A stretch of DNA of 64,000 nucleotides, from assembly GCA_046563655.1 (NCBI GenBank), contig CM102287.1, positions 1,364,001-1,428,000 of the forward strand, written 5' to 3'. The translations under genes and the position numbers were made by a program. Positions 12,701-27,700 of this stretch are shown here, one piece after another. Position 1 is the first letter of the stretch. Every line of letters starts with the position of its first letter. This stretch comes from Yuukianura sp. NJ FZ-2021 (lineage: Eukaryota). The notes below the pieces were generated by a model. It ran no database searches, was not told the DNA's origin, and was given only the letters and a program-made list of their open reading frames with translations.

Positions 12701-15700
12701 CGTTTCCCAGAACCGCTCACATGTAGACAAACAATAGGGTTTTTTGGAAATCAACAGGTTTGCCCGGTTACAAATTAGAGCAGTAGTAGAATAACTTGTT
12801 GTCTATAAAGGCTTATAATCTGGACACAATGCTAATAACCTCTGTACAAGCTCATTTTTTAAAGCAGCAGTTTGGCAAATTTCAAAACTTCGTTTCTGAG
12901 AAACCGCTCACATGTAGCAAACAATGGTTTTTGGGAATCAACAGGTTTGCTCGGTTACAAATTAGAGCATAAGTAGAATAACTTGTTGTCTATAAAGGCT
13001 TATAATCTGGACACAATGCTAATTACCTCTGTACAAGCTCATTTTTTAAAGCAGCAGTTTGGCAAATTTCAAAACTTCGTTTCTGAGAAACCGCTCACAT
13101 GTAGCAAACAATGGTTTTGGGAATCAACATGTTTGCTCGGTTACAAATTAGAGCATTAGTAGAATAACTTGTTGTCTATAAAGGCTTATAATCTGGACAC
13201 AATGCTAATTACCTCTGTACAACGCTCATTTTTTAAAGCAGCAGTTTGGTAAATTTCAAAACTTTGTTTCTGAGAAACCGATCACATGTATGCAAACAAT
13301 GGGGTTTTTTGGAAATCAACAGGTTTGCCCGGTTACAAATTAGAGCATTAGTAGAATAAATTGTTGTCTATAAAGGCTTATAATCAGGACACAATGCTAA
13401 TTACCTCTGTACACGCTCATCTTTTAAAGCAACAGTTTGATAAATTTCAAAACTTCGTTTCCCAGAAACCGCTCACATGTAGACAAACAATAGGGTTTTT
13501 TGGAAATCAACAGGTTTGCCCGGTTACAAATTAGAGCAGTAGTAGAATAACTTGTTGTCTATAAAGGCTTATAATCTGGACACAATGCTAATAACCTCTG
13601 TACAAGCTCATTTTTTAAAGCAGCAGTTTGTAAATTTTAAAACTTCGTTTCTGTGAAACCGCTCACATGTAGCGAACAATGGTTTTTTTGGGAATCAACA
13701 GGTTTGCTCGGTTACAAATTAGAGCATTAGTAGAATAACTTGTTGTCTATAAAGGCTTATAATCAGGACACAATGCTAATTACCTCTGTACACGCTCATC
13801 TTTTAAAGCAACAGTTTGATAAATTTCAAAACTTCGTTTCCCAGAAACCGCTCACAAGTAGACAAACAATGGGTTTCTTGGAAATCAACAGGGTTGCCCG
13901 GTTACAAATTAGAGCAGTAGTAGAATAACTTGTTGTCTATAAAGGCTTATAATCTGGACACAATGCTAATTACCTCTGTACAAGCTCATTTTTTAAAGCA
14001 GCAGTTTGGCAAATTTCAAAACTTCGTTTCTGAGAAACCGCTCACATGTAGCAAACAATGGTTTTTTTGGGAATCAACAGGTTTGCTCGGTTACAAATTA
14101 GAGCATTAGTAGAATAACTTGTTGTCTATAAAGGCTTATAATCTGGACACAATGCTAATTACCTCTGTACAAGCTCATTTTTTAAAGCAGCAGTTTGGCA
14201 AATTTCAAAACTTCGTTTCTGAGAAACCGCTCACATGTAGCAAACAATGGTTTTTTTGGGAATCAACAGGTTTGCTCGGTTACAAATTAGAGCATTAGTA
14301 GAATAACTTGTTGTCTATAAAGGCTTATAATCTGGACACAATGCTAATTACCTCTGTACAAGCTCATTTTTTAAAGCAACAGTTTGATAAATTTCAAAAC
14401 TTCGTTTCTGAGAAACCGCTCACATGTAGACAAACAATAGGGTTTTTTTGGAAATCATCAGGTTTGCCCGGTTACAAATTAGAGCATTAGTAGAATAACT
14501 TGTTGTCTATAAAGGCTTATAATCTGGACACAATGCTAATTACCTGTGTACACGCCCATCTTCTAAGGCAGCAGTATAATAAATTTCAAAACTTCGTTTC
14601 TGAGAAACCGCTCACATGTAGCAAACAATGGTTTTTTTTTTAAATCAACAGGTTTGCCCGGTTACAAATTAGAGCATTAGTAGAATAACTTGTTGTCTAT
14701 AAAAGCTTATAATCAGGACACAATGCTAATTACCTCTGTACACGCTCATCTTTTAAAGCAACAGTTTGGATAAATTTTCAAAACTTCGTTTCCCAGAAAC
14801 CGCTCACAAGTAGACAAACAATGGGGTTTTTTGGAAATCAACAGGTTTGCCCGGTTACAAATTAGAGCATTAGTAGAATAACTTGTTGTCTATAAAGGCT
14901 TATAATCTGGACACAATGATAATTACCTCTGTACAAGCTCATTTTTTAAAGCAGCAGTTTGGCAAATTTCAAAACTTCGTTTCTGAGAAACCGCTCACAT
15001 GTAGCAAACAATGGTTTTGGGAATCAACAGGTTTGCTCGGTTACAAATTAGAGCATTAGTAGAATAAATTGTTGTCTATAAGGCTTATAATCTGGACACA
15101 ATGCTAATTACCTCTGTACACGCTCATTTTAAAGCAACAGTTTGATAAATTTCAAAACTTCGTTTCCCAGAACCGCTCACATGTAGACAAACAATAGGGT
15201 ATTTTGGAAATCAACAGGTTTGCCCGGTTACAAATTAGAGCAGTAGTAGAATAACTTGTTGTCTATAAAGGCTTATAATCTGGACACAATGCTAATAACC
15301 TCTGTACAAGCTCATTTTTTAAAGCAGCAGTTTGGCAAATTTCAAAACTTCGTTTCTGAGAAACCGCTCACAAGTAGACAAACAATGGGGCTTTTTGGAA
15401 ATCAACAGGTTTGCTCGGTTACAAATTAGAGCATTAGTAGAATAACTTGTTGTCTATAAAGGCTTATAATCAGGACACAATGCTAATTACCTCTGTACAC
15501 GCTCATCTTTTAAAGCAACAGTTTGATAAATTTCAAAACTTCGTTTCCCAGAAACCGCTCACAAGTAGACAAACAATGGGGTTTTTTGGAAATCAACAGG
15601 TTTGCCCGGTTACAAATTAGAGCAGTAGTAGAATAACTTGTTGTCTATAAAGGCTTATAATCTGGACACAATGCTAATTACCTCTGTACAAGCTCATTTT

Positions 15701-18700
15701 TTAAAGCAGCAGTTTGGCAAATTTCAAAACTTCGTTTCTGAGAAACCGCTCACATGTAGCAAACAATAGGGTTTTTTTTGGGAATCAACAGGTTTGCTCG
15801 GTTACAAATTAGAGCATTAGTAGAATAACTTGTTGTCTATAAAGGCTTATAATCTGGACACAATGCTAATTACCTCTGTACAAGCTCATTTTTTAAAGCA
15901 GCAGTTTGGCAAATTTCAAAACTTCGTTTCTGAGAAACCGCTCACATGTAGCAAACAATGGTTTTTTTTTTGGGAATCAACAGGTTTGCTCGGTTACAAA
16001 TTAGAGCATTAGTAGAATAACTTGTTGTCTATAAAGGCTTATAATCTGGACACAATGCTAATTACCTCTGTACAAGCTCATTTTTTAAAGCAGCAGTTTG
16101 GCAAATTTTCAAAACTTCGTTTCTGAGAAACCGCACACATGTATGCAAACAATGGGGTTTTTTGAAAATCAACAGGCTTGCCCGGTTACAAATTAGAGCA
16201 GCAGTAGAATAACTTGTTGTCTATAAAGGCTTATAATCTGGACACAATGCTAATTACCTCTGTACATGCTCATCTTTTAAAGCAACAGTTTGGTAAATTT
16301 CAAAACTTTGTTTCTGAGAAACCGCTCACATGTAGACAAACAATGGGTTTTTTTTTTGAAATCAACAGATTTGCCCGGTTACAAATTATAGCATTAGTAG
16401 AATAACTTGTTGTCTATAAAGGCTTATATTCAGGACACAATGCTAATTACCTCTGTACACGCTCATCTTTTAAAGCAACAGTTTGATAAATTTCAAAACT
16501 TCGTTTCCCAGAAACCGCTCACATGTAGACAAACAATAGGGTTTTTTTGGAAAGCAGCAGGTTTGCCCGGTTATAAATTAGAGCAGTAGTAGAATAACTT
16601 GTTGTCTATAAAGGCTTATAATCTGGACACAATGCTAATAACCTCTGTACAAGCTCATTTTTTAAAGCAGCAGTTTGGCAAATTTCAAAACTTCGTTTCT
16701 GAGAAACCGCTCACATGTAGCAAACAATGGTTTTTTTTTGGGAATCAACAGGTTTGCTCGGTTACAAATTAGAGCATTAGTAGAATAACTTGTTGTCTAT
16801 AAAGGCTTATAATCTGGACACAATGCTAATTACCTCTGTACAAGCTCATTTTTTAAAGCAGCAGTTTGGCAAATTTCAAAACTTCGTTTCTGAGAAACCG
16901 CTCACATGTAGCAAACAATGGTTTTTTTGGGAATCAACATGTTTGCTCGGTTACAAATTAGAGCATTAGTAGAATAACTTGTTGTCTATAAAGGCTTATA
17001 ATCTGGACACAATGCTAATTACCTCTGTACACGCTCATTTTTTAAAGCAGCAGTTTGGTAAATTTCAAAACTTTGTTTCTGAGAAACCGATCACATGTAT
17101 GCAAACAATGGGGTTTTTGGAAATCAACAGGTTTGCCCGGTTACAAATTAGAGCATTAGTAGAATAAATTGTTGTCTATAAAGGCTTATAATCAGGACAC
17201 AATGCTAATTACCTCTGTACACGCTCATCTTTTAAAGCAACAGTTTGATAAATTTCAAAACTTCGTTTCCCAGAAACCGCTCACAAGTAGACAAACAATA
17301 GGTTTTTTTTGGAAATCAACAGGTTTGCCCGGTTACAAATTAGAGCATTAGTAGAATAACTTGTTGTCTATAAAGGCTTATAATCTGGACACAATGCTAA
17401 TTACCTCTGTACACGCTCATCTTTTAAAGCAGCAGTTTGGCAAATTTCAAAACTTCGTTTCTGAGAAACCGCTCACATGTAGCAAACAATGGTTTTTTTT
17501 GGGAATCAACAGGTTTGCTCGGTTACAAATTAGAGCATTAGTAGAATAACTTGTTGTCTATAAAGGCTTATAATCTGGACACAATGCTAATTACCTCTGT
17601 ACAAGCTCATTTTTTAAAGCAGCAGTTTGTCAAATTTCAAAACTTCGTTTCTGAGAAACCGCTCACATGTATGCAAACAATGGTTTTTTTGGGGAATCAA
17701 CATGTTTGCTCGGTTACAAATTAGAGCATTAGTAGAATAACTTGTTGTCTATAAAGGCTTATAATCTGGACACAATGCTAATTACCTCTGTACACGCTCA
17801 TTTTTTAAAGCAGCAGTTTGGTAAATTTCAAAACTTTGTTTCCTGAGAAACCGATCACATGTATGCAAACAATGGTTTTTTTTGGAAATCAACAGGTTTG
17901 CCCGGTTACAAATTAGAGCATTAGTAGAATAAATTGTTGTCTATAAAGGCTTATAATCTGGACACAATGCTAATTACCTCTGTACACGCTCATCTTTTAA
18001 AGAAACAGTTTGATAAATTTTCAAAACTTCGTTTCCCAGAAACCGCTCACAAGTAGACAAACAATGGGGTTTTTTGGAAATCAACAGGTTTGCCCGGTTA
18101 CAAATTAGAGCAGTAGTAGAATAACTTGTTGTCTATAAAGGCTTATAATCTGGACACAATGCTAATTACCTCTGTACACGCTCATCTTTTAAAGCAACAG
18201 TTTGATAAATTTCAAAACTACGTTTCCCGGAAACCGCTCACATGTAGACAAACAATAGGGTTTTTTGGAAATCAACAGGTTTGCCCGGTTACAAATTAGA
18301 GCAGTAGTAGAATAACTTGTTGTCTATAAAGGCTTATAATCTGGACACAATGCTAATTACCTCTGTACACGCTCATCTTTTAAAGCAACAGTTTGATAAA
18401 TTTCAAAACTTCGTTTCCCAGAAACCGCTCACATGTAGACAAACAATAGGGTTTTTGGAAATCATCAGGTTTGCCCGGTTACAAATTAGAGCAGTAGTAG
18501 AATAACTTGTTGTCTATAAAGGCTTATAATCTGGACACAATGCTAATAACCTCTGTACAAGGCTCATTTTTTAAAGCAGCAGTTTGGCAAATTTCAAAAC
18601 TTCGTTTCTGAGAAACCGCTCACATGTAGCAAACAATGGTTTTTTTTTTGGGAATCAACAGGTTTGCTCGGTTACAAATTAGAGCATAAGTAGAATAACT

Positions 18701-21700
18701 TGTTGTCTATAAAGGCTTATAATCTTGACACAATGCTAATTACCTCTGTACAAGCTCATTTTTTAAAGCAGCAGTTTGGCAAATTTTCAAAACTTCGTTT
18801 CTGAGAAACCGCTCACATGTATGCAAACAATGGTTTTTTTTTGGGAATCAACATGTTTGCTCGGTTACAAATTAGAGCATTAGTAGAATAACTTGTTGTC
18901 TATAAAGGCTTATAATCTGGACACAATGCTAATTACCTCTGTACACGCTCATTTTTTAAAGCAGCAGTATAATAAATTTCAAAACTTTGTTTCCTGAGAA
19001 ACCGATCACATGTATGCAAACAATGGGGTTTTTGGAAATCAACAGGTTTGCCCGGTTACAAATTAGAGCATTAGTAGAATAAATTGTTGTCTATAAAGGC
19101 TTATAATCAGGACACAATGCTAATTACCTCTGTACACGCTCATCTTTTAAAGCAACAGTTTGGATAAATTTCAAAACTTCGTTTCCCAGAAACCGCTCAC
19201 ATGTAGACAAACAATAGGGTTTTTTGGAAATCAACCGGTTTGCCCGGTTACAAATTAGAGCAGTAGTAGAATAACTTGTTGTCTATAAAGGCTTATAATC
19301 TGGACACAATGCTAATAACCTCTGTACAAGCTCATTTTTTAAAGCAGCAGTTTGGCAAATTTCAAAACTTCGTTTCTGAGAAACCGCTCACATGTAGCAA
19401 ACAATGGTTTTTTGGGAAATCAACAGGTTTGCCCGGTTACAAATTAGAGCATTAGTAGAATAACTTGTTGTCTATAAAGGCTTATATTCAGGACACAATG
19501 CTAATTACCTCTGTACACGCTCATCTTTTAAAGCAACAGTTTGATAAATTTCAAAACTTCGTTTCCCAGAAACCGCTCACATGTAGACAAACAATTGGGT
19601 TTTTTGGAAATCAACAGGTTTGCCCGGTTACAAATTAGACCAGTAGTAGAATAACTTGTTGTCTATAAAGGCTTATAATCTGGACACAATGCTAATTACC
19701 TCTGTACAAGCTCATCTTTTAAAGCAACAGTTTGGCAAATTTCAAAACTTCGTTTCCTGAGAAACCGCTCACATGTAGCTAAACAATGGTTTTTTTTTGG
19801 GAATCAACAGGTTTGCTCGGTTACAAATTAGAGCATTAGTAGAATAACTTGTTGTCTATAAAGGCTTATAATCTGGACACAATGCTAATTACCTCTGTAC
19901 AAGCTCATTTTTTAAAGCAGCAGTTTGGCAAATTTCAAAACTTCGTTTCTGAGAAACCGCTCACATGTATGCAAACAATGGGGTTTTTTGGGAATCAACA
20001 TGTTTGCTCGGTTACAAATTAGAGCATTAGTAGAATAACTTGTTGTCTATAAAGGCTTATAATCTGGACACAATGCTAATTACCTCTGTACACGCTCATT
20101 TTTTAAAGCAGCAGTTTGGTAAATTTCAAAACTTTGTTTCTGAGAAACCGATCACATGTATGCAAACAATGGGTTTTTTTGGAAATCAACAGGTTTGCCC
20201 GGTTACAAATTAGAGCATTAGTAGAATAACTTGTTGTCTATAAAGGCTTATATTCAGGACACAATGCTAATTACCTCTGTACACGCTCATCTTTTAACCT
20301 TTTGAGGGCTAAATACAACTAAAGTCGTTTATTTTTTGCAACCTCAGGGGCCGGCTGACGACTATAGTCGTCTGTTGTTGGTTTTAAAAAACCGCTGGAG
20401 GAAATAAAAAACCGTTTTTTCCCATAGCAACGTATTATACATGCGTTGCATCGGTTTTTCGGGAAAATTTGTATCGTCTCAGCAACAAAATACAAAAGAA
20501 AATTTCAGGCCTCAAAAGGTTAAAGCAACAGTTTGATAAATTTCAAAACTTCGTTTCCCAGAAACCGCTCACATGTAGACAAACAATAGGGTTTTTTGGA
20601 AATCAACAGGTTTGCCCGGTTACAAATTAGAGCAGTAGTAGAATAACTTGTTGTCTGTAAAGGCTTATAATCTGGACACAATGCTAATAACCTCTGTACA
20701 AGCTCATTTTTTAAAGCAGCAGTTTGGCAAATTTCAAAACTTCGTTTCTGAGAAACCGCTCACATGTAGCAAACAATGGTTTTTTTTGGGAATCAACAGG
20801 TTTGCTCGGTTACAAATTAGAGCATTAGTAGAATAACTTGTTGTCTATAAAGGCTTATAATCTGGACACAATGCTAATTACCTCTGTACAAGCTCATTTT
20901 TTAAAGCAGCAGTTTGTCAAATTTAAAACTTCGTTTCTGAGAAACCGCTCACATGTATGCAAACAATGGGGTTTTTTGGAATCAACATGTTTGCTCGGTT
21001 ACAAATTAGAGCATTAGTAGAATAACTTGTTGTCTATAAAGGCTTATAATCTGGACACAATGCTAATTACCTCTGTACACGCTCATTTTTTAAAGCAGCA
21101 GTTTGGTAAATTTCAAAACTTTGTTTCTGAGAAACCGATCACATGTATGCAAACAATGGGGTTTTTGGAAATCAACAGGTTTGCCCGGTTACAAATTAGA
21201 GCATTAGTAGAATAAATTGTTGTCTATAAAGGCTTATAATCAGGACACAATGCTAATTACCTCTGTACACGCTCATCTTTTAAAGCAACAGTTTGATAAA
21301 TTTCAAAACTTCGTTTCCCAGAAACCGCTCACAAGTAGACAAACAATGGGGTTTTTGGAAATCAACAGGTTTGCCCGGTTACAAATTAGAGCAGTAGTAG
21401 AATAACTTGTTGTCTATAAAGGCTTATAATCTGGACACAATGCTAATTACCTCTGTACAAGCTCATTTTTTAAAGCAGCAGTTTGGCAAATTTCAAAACT
21501 TCGTTTCTGAGAAACCGCTCACATGTATGCAAACAATGGGGTTTTTTGGAAATCAACAGGGTTGCCCGGTTACAAATTAGAGCAGTAGTAGAATAACTTG
21601 TTGTCTATAAAGGCTTATAATCTGGACACAATGCTAATTACCTCTGTACACGCTCATCTTTTAAAGCAACAGTTTGATAAATTTTAAAACTTCGTTTCCC

Positions 21701-24700
21701 AGAAACCGCTCACATGTAGCAAACTATGGTTTTTTTTTTTTGGAAATCAACAGGTTTGCCCGGTTACAAATTAGAGCATTAGTAGAATAACTTGTTGTCT
21801 ATAAAGGCTTATAATCAGGACACAATGCTAATTACCTCTGTACACGCTCATCTTTTAAAGCAACAGTTTGATAAATTTCAAAACTTCGTTTCCCAGAAAC
21901 CGCTCACATGTAGACAAACAATAGGGTTTTTTTGGAAAGCAGCAGGTTTGCCCGGTTATAAATTAGAGCAGTAGTAGAATAACTTGTTGTCTATAAAGGC
22001 TTATAATCTGGACACAATGCTAATTACCTCTGTACACGCTCATCTTTTAAAGCAACAGTTTGATAAATTTCAAAACTTCGTTTCCCAGAAACCGCTCACA
22101 TGTAGACAAACAATAGGGTATTTTGGAAATCAACAGGTTTGCCCGGTTATAAATTAGAGCAGTAGTAGAATAACTTGTTGTCTATAAAGGCTTATAATCT
22201 GGACACAATGCTAATAACCTCTGTACAAGCTCATTTTTTAAAGCAGCAGTTTGGCAAATTTCAAAACTTCGTTTCTGAGAAACCGCTCACATGTAGCAAA
22301 CAATGGTTTTTGGGAATCAACAGGTTTGCTCGGTTACAAATTAGAGCATTAGTAGAATAACTTGTTGTCTATAAAGGCTTATAATCTGGACACAATGATA
22401 ATTACCTCTGTACAAGCTCATTTTTTAAAGCTGCAGTTTGGCAAATTTCAAAACTTCGTTTCCCAGAAACCGCTCACATGTAGACAAACAATAGGGTTTT
22501 TTGGAAATCAACAGGTTTGCCCGGTTACAAATTAGAGCATTAGTAGAATAACTTGTTGTCTATAAAGGCTTATAATCTGGACACAATGCTAATTACCTCT
22601 GTACACGCTCATCTTTTAAAGCAACAGTTTGATAAATTTCAAAACTTCTTTTCCCAGAAACCGCTCACATGTAGACAAACAATAGGGTTTTTGGAAATCA
22701 ACAGGTTTGCCCGGTTATAAATTAGAGCAGTAGTAGAATAACTTGTTGTCTATAAAGGCTTATAATCTGGACACAATGCTAATTACCTCTGTACACGCTC
22801 ATCTTTTAAAGCAACAGTTTGATAAATTTTAAAACTTCGTTTCCCAGAAACCGCTCACATGTAGACAAACAATAGGGTTTTTTTGGAAAGCAGCAGGTTT
22901 GCCCGGTTACAAATTAGAGCATTAGTAGAATAACTTGTTGTCTATAAAGGCTTATAATCTGGACACAATGCTAATTACCTCTGTACACGCTCATCTTTTA
23001 AAGCAACAGTTTGATAAATTTCAAAACTTCTTTTCCAGAACCGCTCACATGTAGACAAACAATAGGGTTTTTTGGAAATCAACAGGTTTGCCCGGTTATA
23101 AATTAGAGCAGTAGTAGAATAACTTGTTGTCTATAAAGGCTTATAATCTGGACACAATGCTAATTACCTCTGTACACGCTCATCTTTTAAAGCAACAGTT
23201 TGATAAATTTCAAAACTTCGTTTCCCAGAAACCGCTCACATGTAGACAAACAATTGGGTTTTTTTTGGAAATCAACAGGTTTGCCCGGTTATAAATTAGA
23301 GCAGTAGTAGAATAACTTGTTGTCTATAAAGGCTTATAATCTGGACACAATGCTAATAACCTCTGTACAAGCTCATTTTTTAAAGCAGCAGTTTGGCAAA
23401 TTTCAAAACTTCGTTTCTGAGAAACCGCTCACATGTAGCAAACAATGGTTTTTTTTGGGAATCAACAGGTTTGCTCGGTTACAAATTAGAGCATTAGTAG
23501 AATAACTTGTTGTCTATAAAGGCTTATAATCTGGACACAATGCTAATTACCTCTGTACAAGCTCATTTTTTAAAGCAGCAGTTTGTCAAATTTAAAACTT
23601 CGTTTCTGAGAAACCGCTCACATGTAGACAAACAATAGGGTTTTTTTGGAAATCAACAGGTTTGCCCGGTTACAAATTAGAGCATTAGTAGAATAACTTG
23701 TTGTCTATAAAGGCTTATAATCTGGACACAATGCTAATTACCTCTGTACACGCTCATCTTTTAAAGCAACAGTTTGATAAATTTCAAAACTTCTTTTCCC
23801 AGAAACCGCTCACATGTAGACAAACAATAGGGTTTTTTTTTTTGGAAATCAACAGGTTTGCCCGGTTATAAATTAGAGCAGTAGTAGAATAACTTGTTGT
23901 CTATAAAGGCTTATAATCTGGACACAATGCTAATTACCTCTGTACACGCTCATCTTTTAAAGCAACAGTTTGATAAATTTTAAAACTTCGTTTCCCAGAA
24001 ACCGCTCACATGTAGCAAACTATGGTTTTTTTTTGGAAATCAACAGGTTTGCCCGGTTATAAATTAGAGCAGTAGTAGAATAACTTGTTGTCTATAAAGG
24101 CTTATAATCTGGACACAATGCTAATTACCTCTGTACAAGCTCATTTTTTAAAGCAGCAGTTTGGCAAATTTCAAAACTTCGTTTCTGAGAAACCGCTCAC
24201 ATGTAGCAAACAATGTTTTTTTTTGGGAATCAACAGGTTTGCTCGGTTACAAATTAGAGCATTAGTAGAATAACTTGTTGTCTATAAAGGCTTATAATCT
24301 GGACACAATGCTAATTACCTCTGTACAAGCTCATTTTTTAAAGCAGCAGTTTGGCAAATTTCAAAACTTTGTTTCTGAGAAACCGATCACATGTATGCAA
24401 ACAATGGGGTTTTTTGGAAATCAACAGGTTTGCCCGGTTACAAATTAGAGCATTAGTAGAATAAATTGTTGTCTATAAAGGCTTATAATCAGGACACAAT
24501 GCTAATTACCTCTGTACACGCTCATCTTTTAAAGCAACAGTTTGATAAATTTCAAAACTTTCGTTTCCCAGAAACCGCTCACAAGTAGACAAACAATGGG
24601 GTTTTTTGGAAATCAACAGGTTTGCCCGGTTACAAATTAGAGCAGTAGTAGAATAACTTGTTGTCTATAAAGGCTTATAATCTGGACACAATGCTAATTA

Positions 24701-27700
24701 CCTCTGTACACGCTCATCTTTTAAAGCAACAGTTTGATAAATTTCAAAACTTCGTTTCCCAGAAACCGCTCACATGTAGACAAACAATTGGGTTTTTGGA
24801 AATCAACAGGTTTGCCCGGTTATAAATTAGAGCAGTAGTAGAATAACTTGTTGTCTATAAAGGCTTATAATCTGGACACAATGCTAATAACCTCTGTACA
24901 AGCTCATTTTTTAAAGCAGCAGTTTGGTCAAATTTTCAAAACTTTGTTTCTGAGAAACCGATCACATGTATGCAAACAATGGGTTTTTTGGAAATCAACA
25001 GGTTTGCCCGGTTACAAATTAGAGCATTAGTAGAATAACTAAATTGTTGTCTATAAAGGCTTATAATCAGGACACAATGCTAATTACCTCTGTACACGCT
25101 CATCTTTTAAAGCAACAGTTTGATAAATTTCAAAACTTCGATTCCCAGAAACCGCTCACAAGTAGACAAACAATGGGGTTTTTTGGAAATCAACAGGTTT
25201 GCTCGGTTACAAATTAGAGCATTAGTAGAATAACTTGTTGTCTATAAAGGCTTATAATCTGGACACAATGCTAATAACCTCTGTACAAGCTCATTTTTTA
25301 AAGCAGCAGTTTGGCAAATTTCAAAACTTCGTTTCTGAGAAACCGCTCACATGTAGCAAACAATGGTTTTTTTTGGGAATCAACAGGTTTGCTCGGTTAC
25401 AAATTAGAGCATTAGTAGAATAACTTGTTGTCTATAAAGGCTTATAATCTGGACACAATGCTAATTACCTCTGTACAAGCTCATTTTTTAAAGCAACAGT
25501 TTGATAAATTTCAAAACTTCGTTTCTGAGAAACCGCTCACATGTTGACAAACAATGGTTTTTGGGAATCAACATGTTTGCTCGGTTACAAATTAGAGCAT
25601 TAGTAGAATAACTTGTTGTCTATAAAGGCTTATAATCTGGACACAATGCTAATTACCTCTGTACACGCTCATTTTTTAAAGCAGCAGTTTGGTAAATTTC
25701 AAAACTTTGTTTCTGAGAAACCGATCACATGTATGCAAACAATGGGGTTTTTTGGAAATCAACAGGTTTGCCCGGTTACAAATTAGAGCATTAGTAGAAT
25801 AAATTGTTGTCTATAAAGGCTTATAATCAGGACACAATGCTAATTACCTCTGTACACGCTCATCTTTTAAAGCAACAGTTTGATAAATTTCAAAACTTCG
25901 TTTCCCAGAAACCGCTCACATGTAGACAAACAATAGGGTTTTTTGGAAATCAACAGGTTTGCCCGGTTACAAATTAGACAATTAGTAGAATAACTTGTTG
26001 TCTATAAAGGCTTATAATCTGGACACAATGATAATTACCTCTGTACAAGCTCATTTTTTAAAGCTGCAGTTTGGCAAATTTCAAAACTTCGTTTCCCAGA
26101 AACCGCTCACATGTAGACAAACAATGTTTTTTTTTTGGAAATCAACAGGTTTGCCCGGTTACAAATTAGAGCAGTAGTAGAATAACTTGTTGTCTATAAA
26201 GGCTTATAATCTGGACACAATGCTAATTACCTCTGTACAAGCTCATTTTTAAAGCAGCAGTTTGGCAAATTTCAAAACTTCGTTTCTGAGAAACCGCTCA
26301 CATGTAGCAAACAATGGTTTTGGGAATCAACAGGTTTGCTCGGTTACAAATTAGAGCATTAGTAGAATAACTTGTTGTCTATAAAGGCTTATAATCTGGA
26401 CACAATGCTAATTACCTCTGTACAAGCTCATTTTTTAAAGCAGCAGTTTGGCAAATTTCAAAACTTCGTTTCTGAGAAACCGCTCACATGTAGCAAACAA
26501 TGGTTTTTTTTTTTTTTGGAAATCAACAGGTTTGCTCGGTTACAAATTAGAGCATTAGTAGAATAACTTGTTGTCTATAAAGGCTTATAATCTGGACACA
26601 ATGCTAATTACCTCTGTACACGCTCATTTTTTGAGGCACCAGTTTGATAAATTTCAAAACTTTGTTTCTGAGAAACCGCTCACGTGTTGACAAACAATAG
26701 GTTTTTTTTTTGAAATCAACAGATTTGCCCGGTTACAAATTATAGCATTAGTAGAATAACTTGTTGTCTATAAAGGCTTATAATCAGGACACAATGCTAA
26801 TTACCTCTGTAGCCCCGCACGCTCATCTTTTAAAGCAACAGTTTGATAAATTTCAAAACTTCGTTTCCCAGAAACCGCTCACAAGTAGACAAACAATACA
26901 CGCTCATCTTTTAAAGCAACAGTTTGATAAATTTTTATAAATTTCTGGACACAATGCTAATTACCTCTGTACAACCGCTCACATGTAGACAGCAATAGGG
27001 TTTGGCAAATTTCAATCAACTTCGAGTTTTTGAGAAAACCGTGAGCATGTAGCAAACAATAACTTTTTTTGGGAATCAACAGGTTTGCTCGGTTACACAA
27101 TGCTAGAGCAAACAATGGGGTTTTTGGAAATCAACAGGTTTGCCCGGTTACAAATTAGAGCAGTAGTAGAATAACTTGTTGTCTATAAAGGCAGCAGTTT
27201 ATCGATTTGCAAACTTCGTTTCTGAGAAACCGCTCACATGTAGTGCAATAACTTGGGGTTGTCTGAAATCAACAGGTTTGAACTGGTTACAAATCAGGAC
27301 ACAATAGCTAATTACCTTGTTGTCTGTACAGGCTTGCTCATCTTTTAAAGCAACAGTTTGATAAATTTCAAAACTTACGTTTCCAGAAACCGCTCACATG
27401 TAGACAAACAATAGGGTTTTTGGAAATCAACAGGTTTGCCCGGTTATAAATTAGAGCAGTAGTAGAATAACTTGTTGTCTATAAAGGCTTATAATCTGGA
27501 CACAATGCTAATTACCTCTGTACAAGCTCATTTTTTAAAGAAGCAGTTTGGCAAAATTTCAAAACTTCGTTTCTGAGAAACCGCTCACATGTAGCAAACA
27601 ATGGTTTTTTTTGGGAATCAACAGGTTTGCTCGGTTACAAATTAGAGCATTAGTAGAATAACTTGTTGTCTATAAAGGCTTATAATCTGGACACAATGCT

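Noticed and set aside
26810..27345. Scrambled mosaic of satellite fragments, possibly a rearrangement hotspot
   Set aside because: Short out-of-register pieces interleaved at base level look like a consensus/polishing artefact; it cannot be treated as biological without reads.
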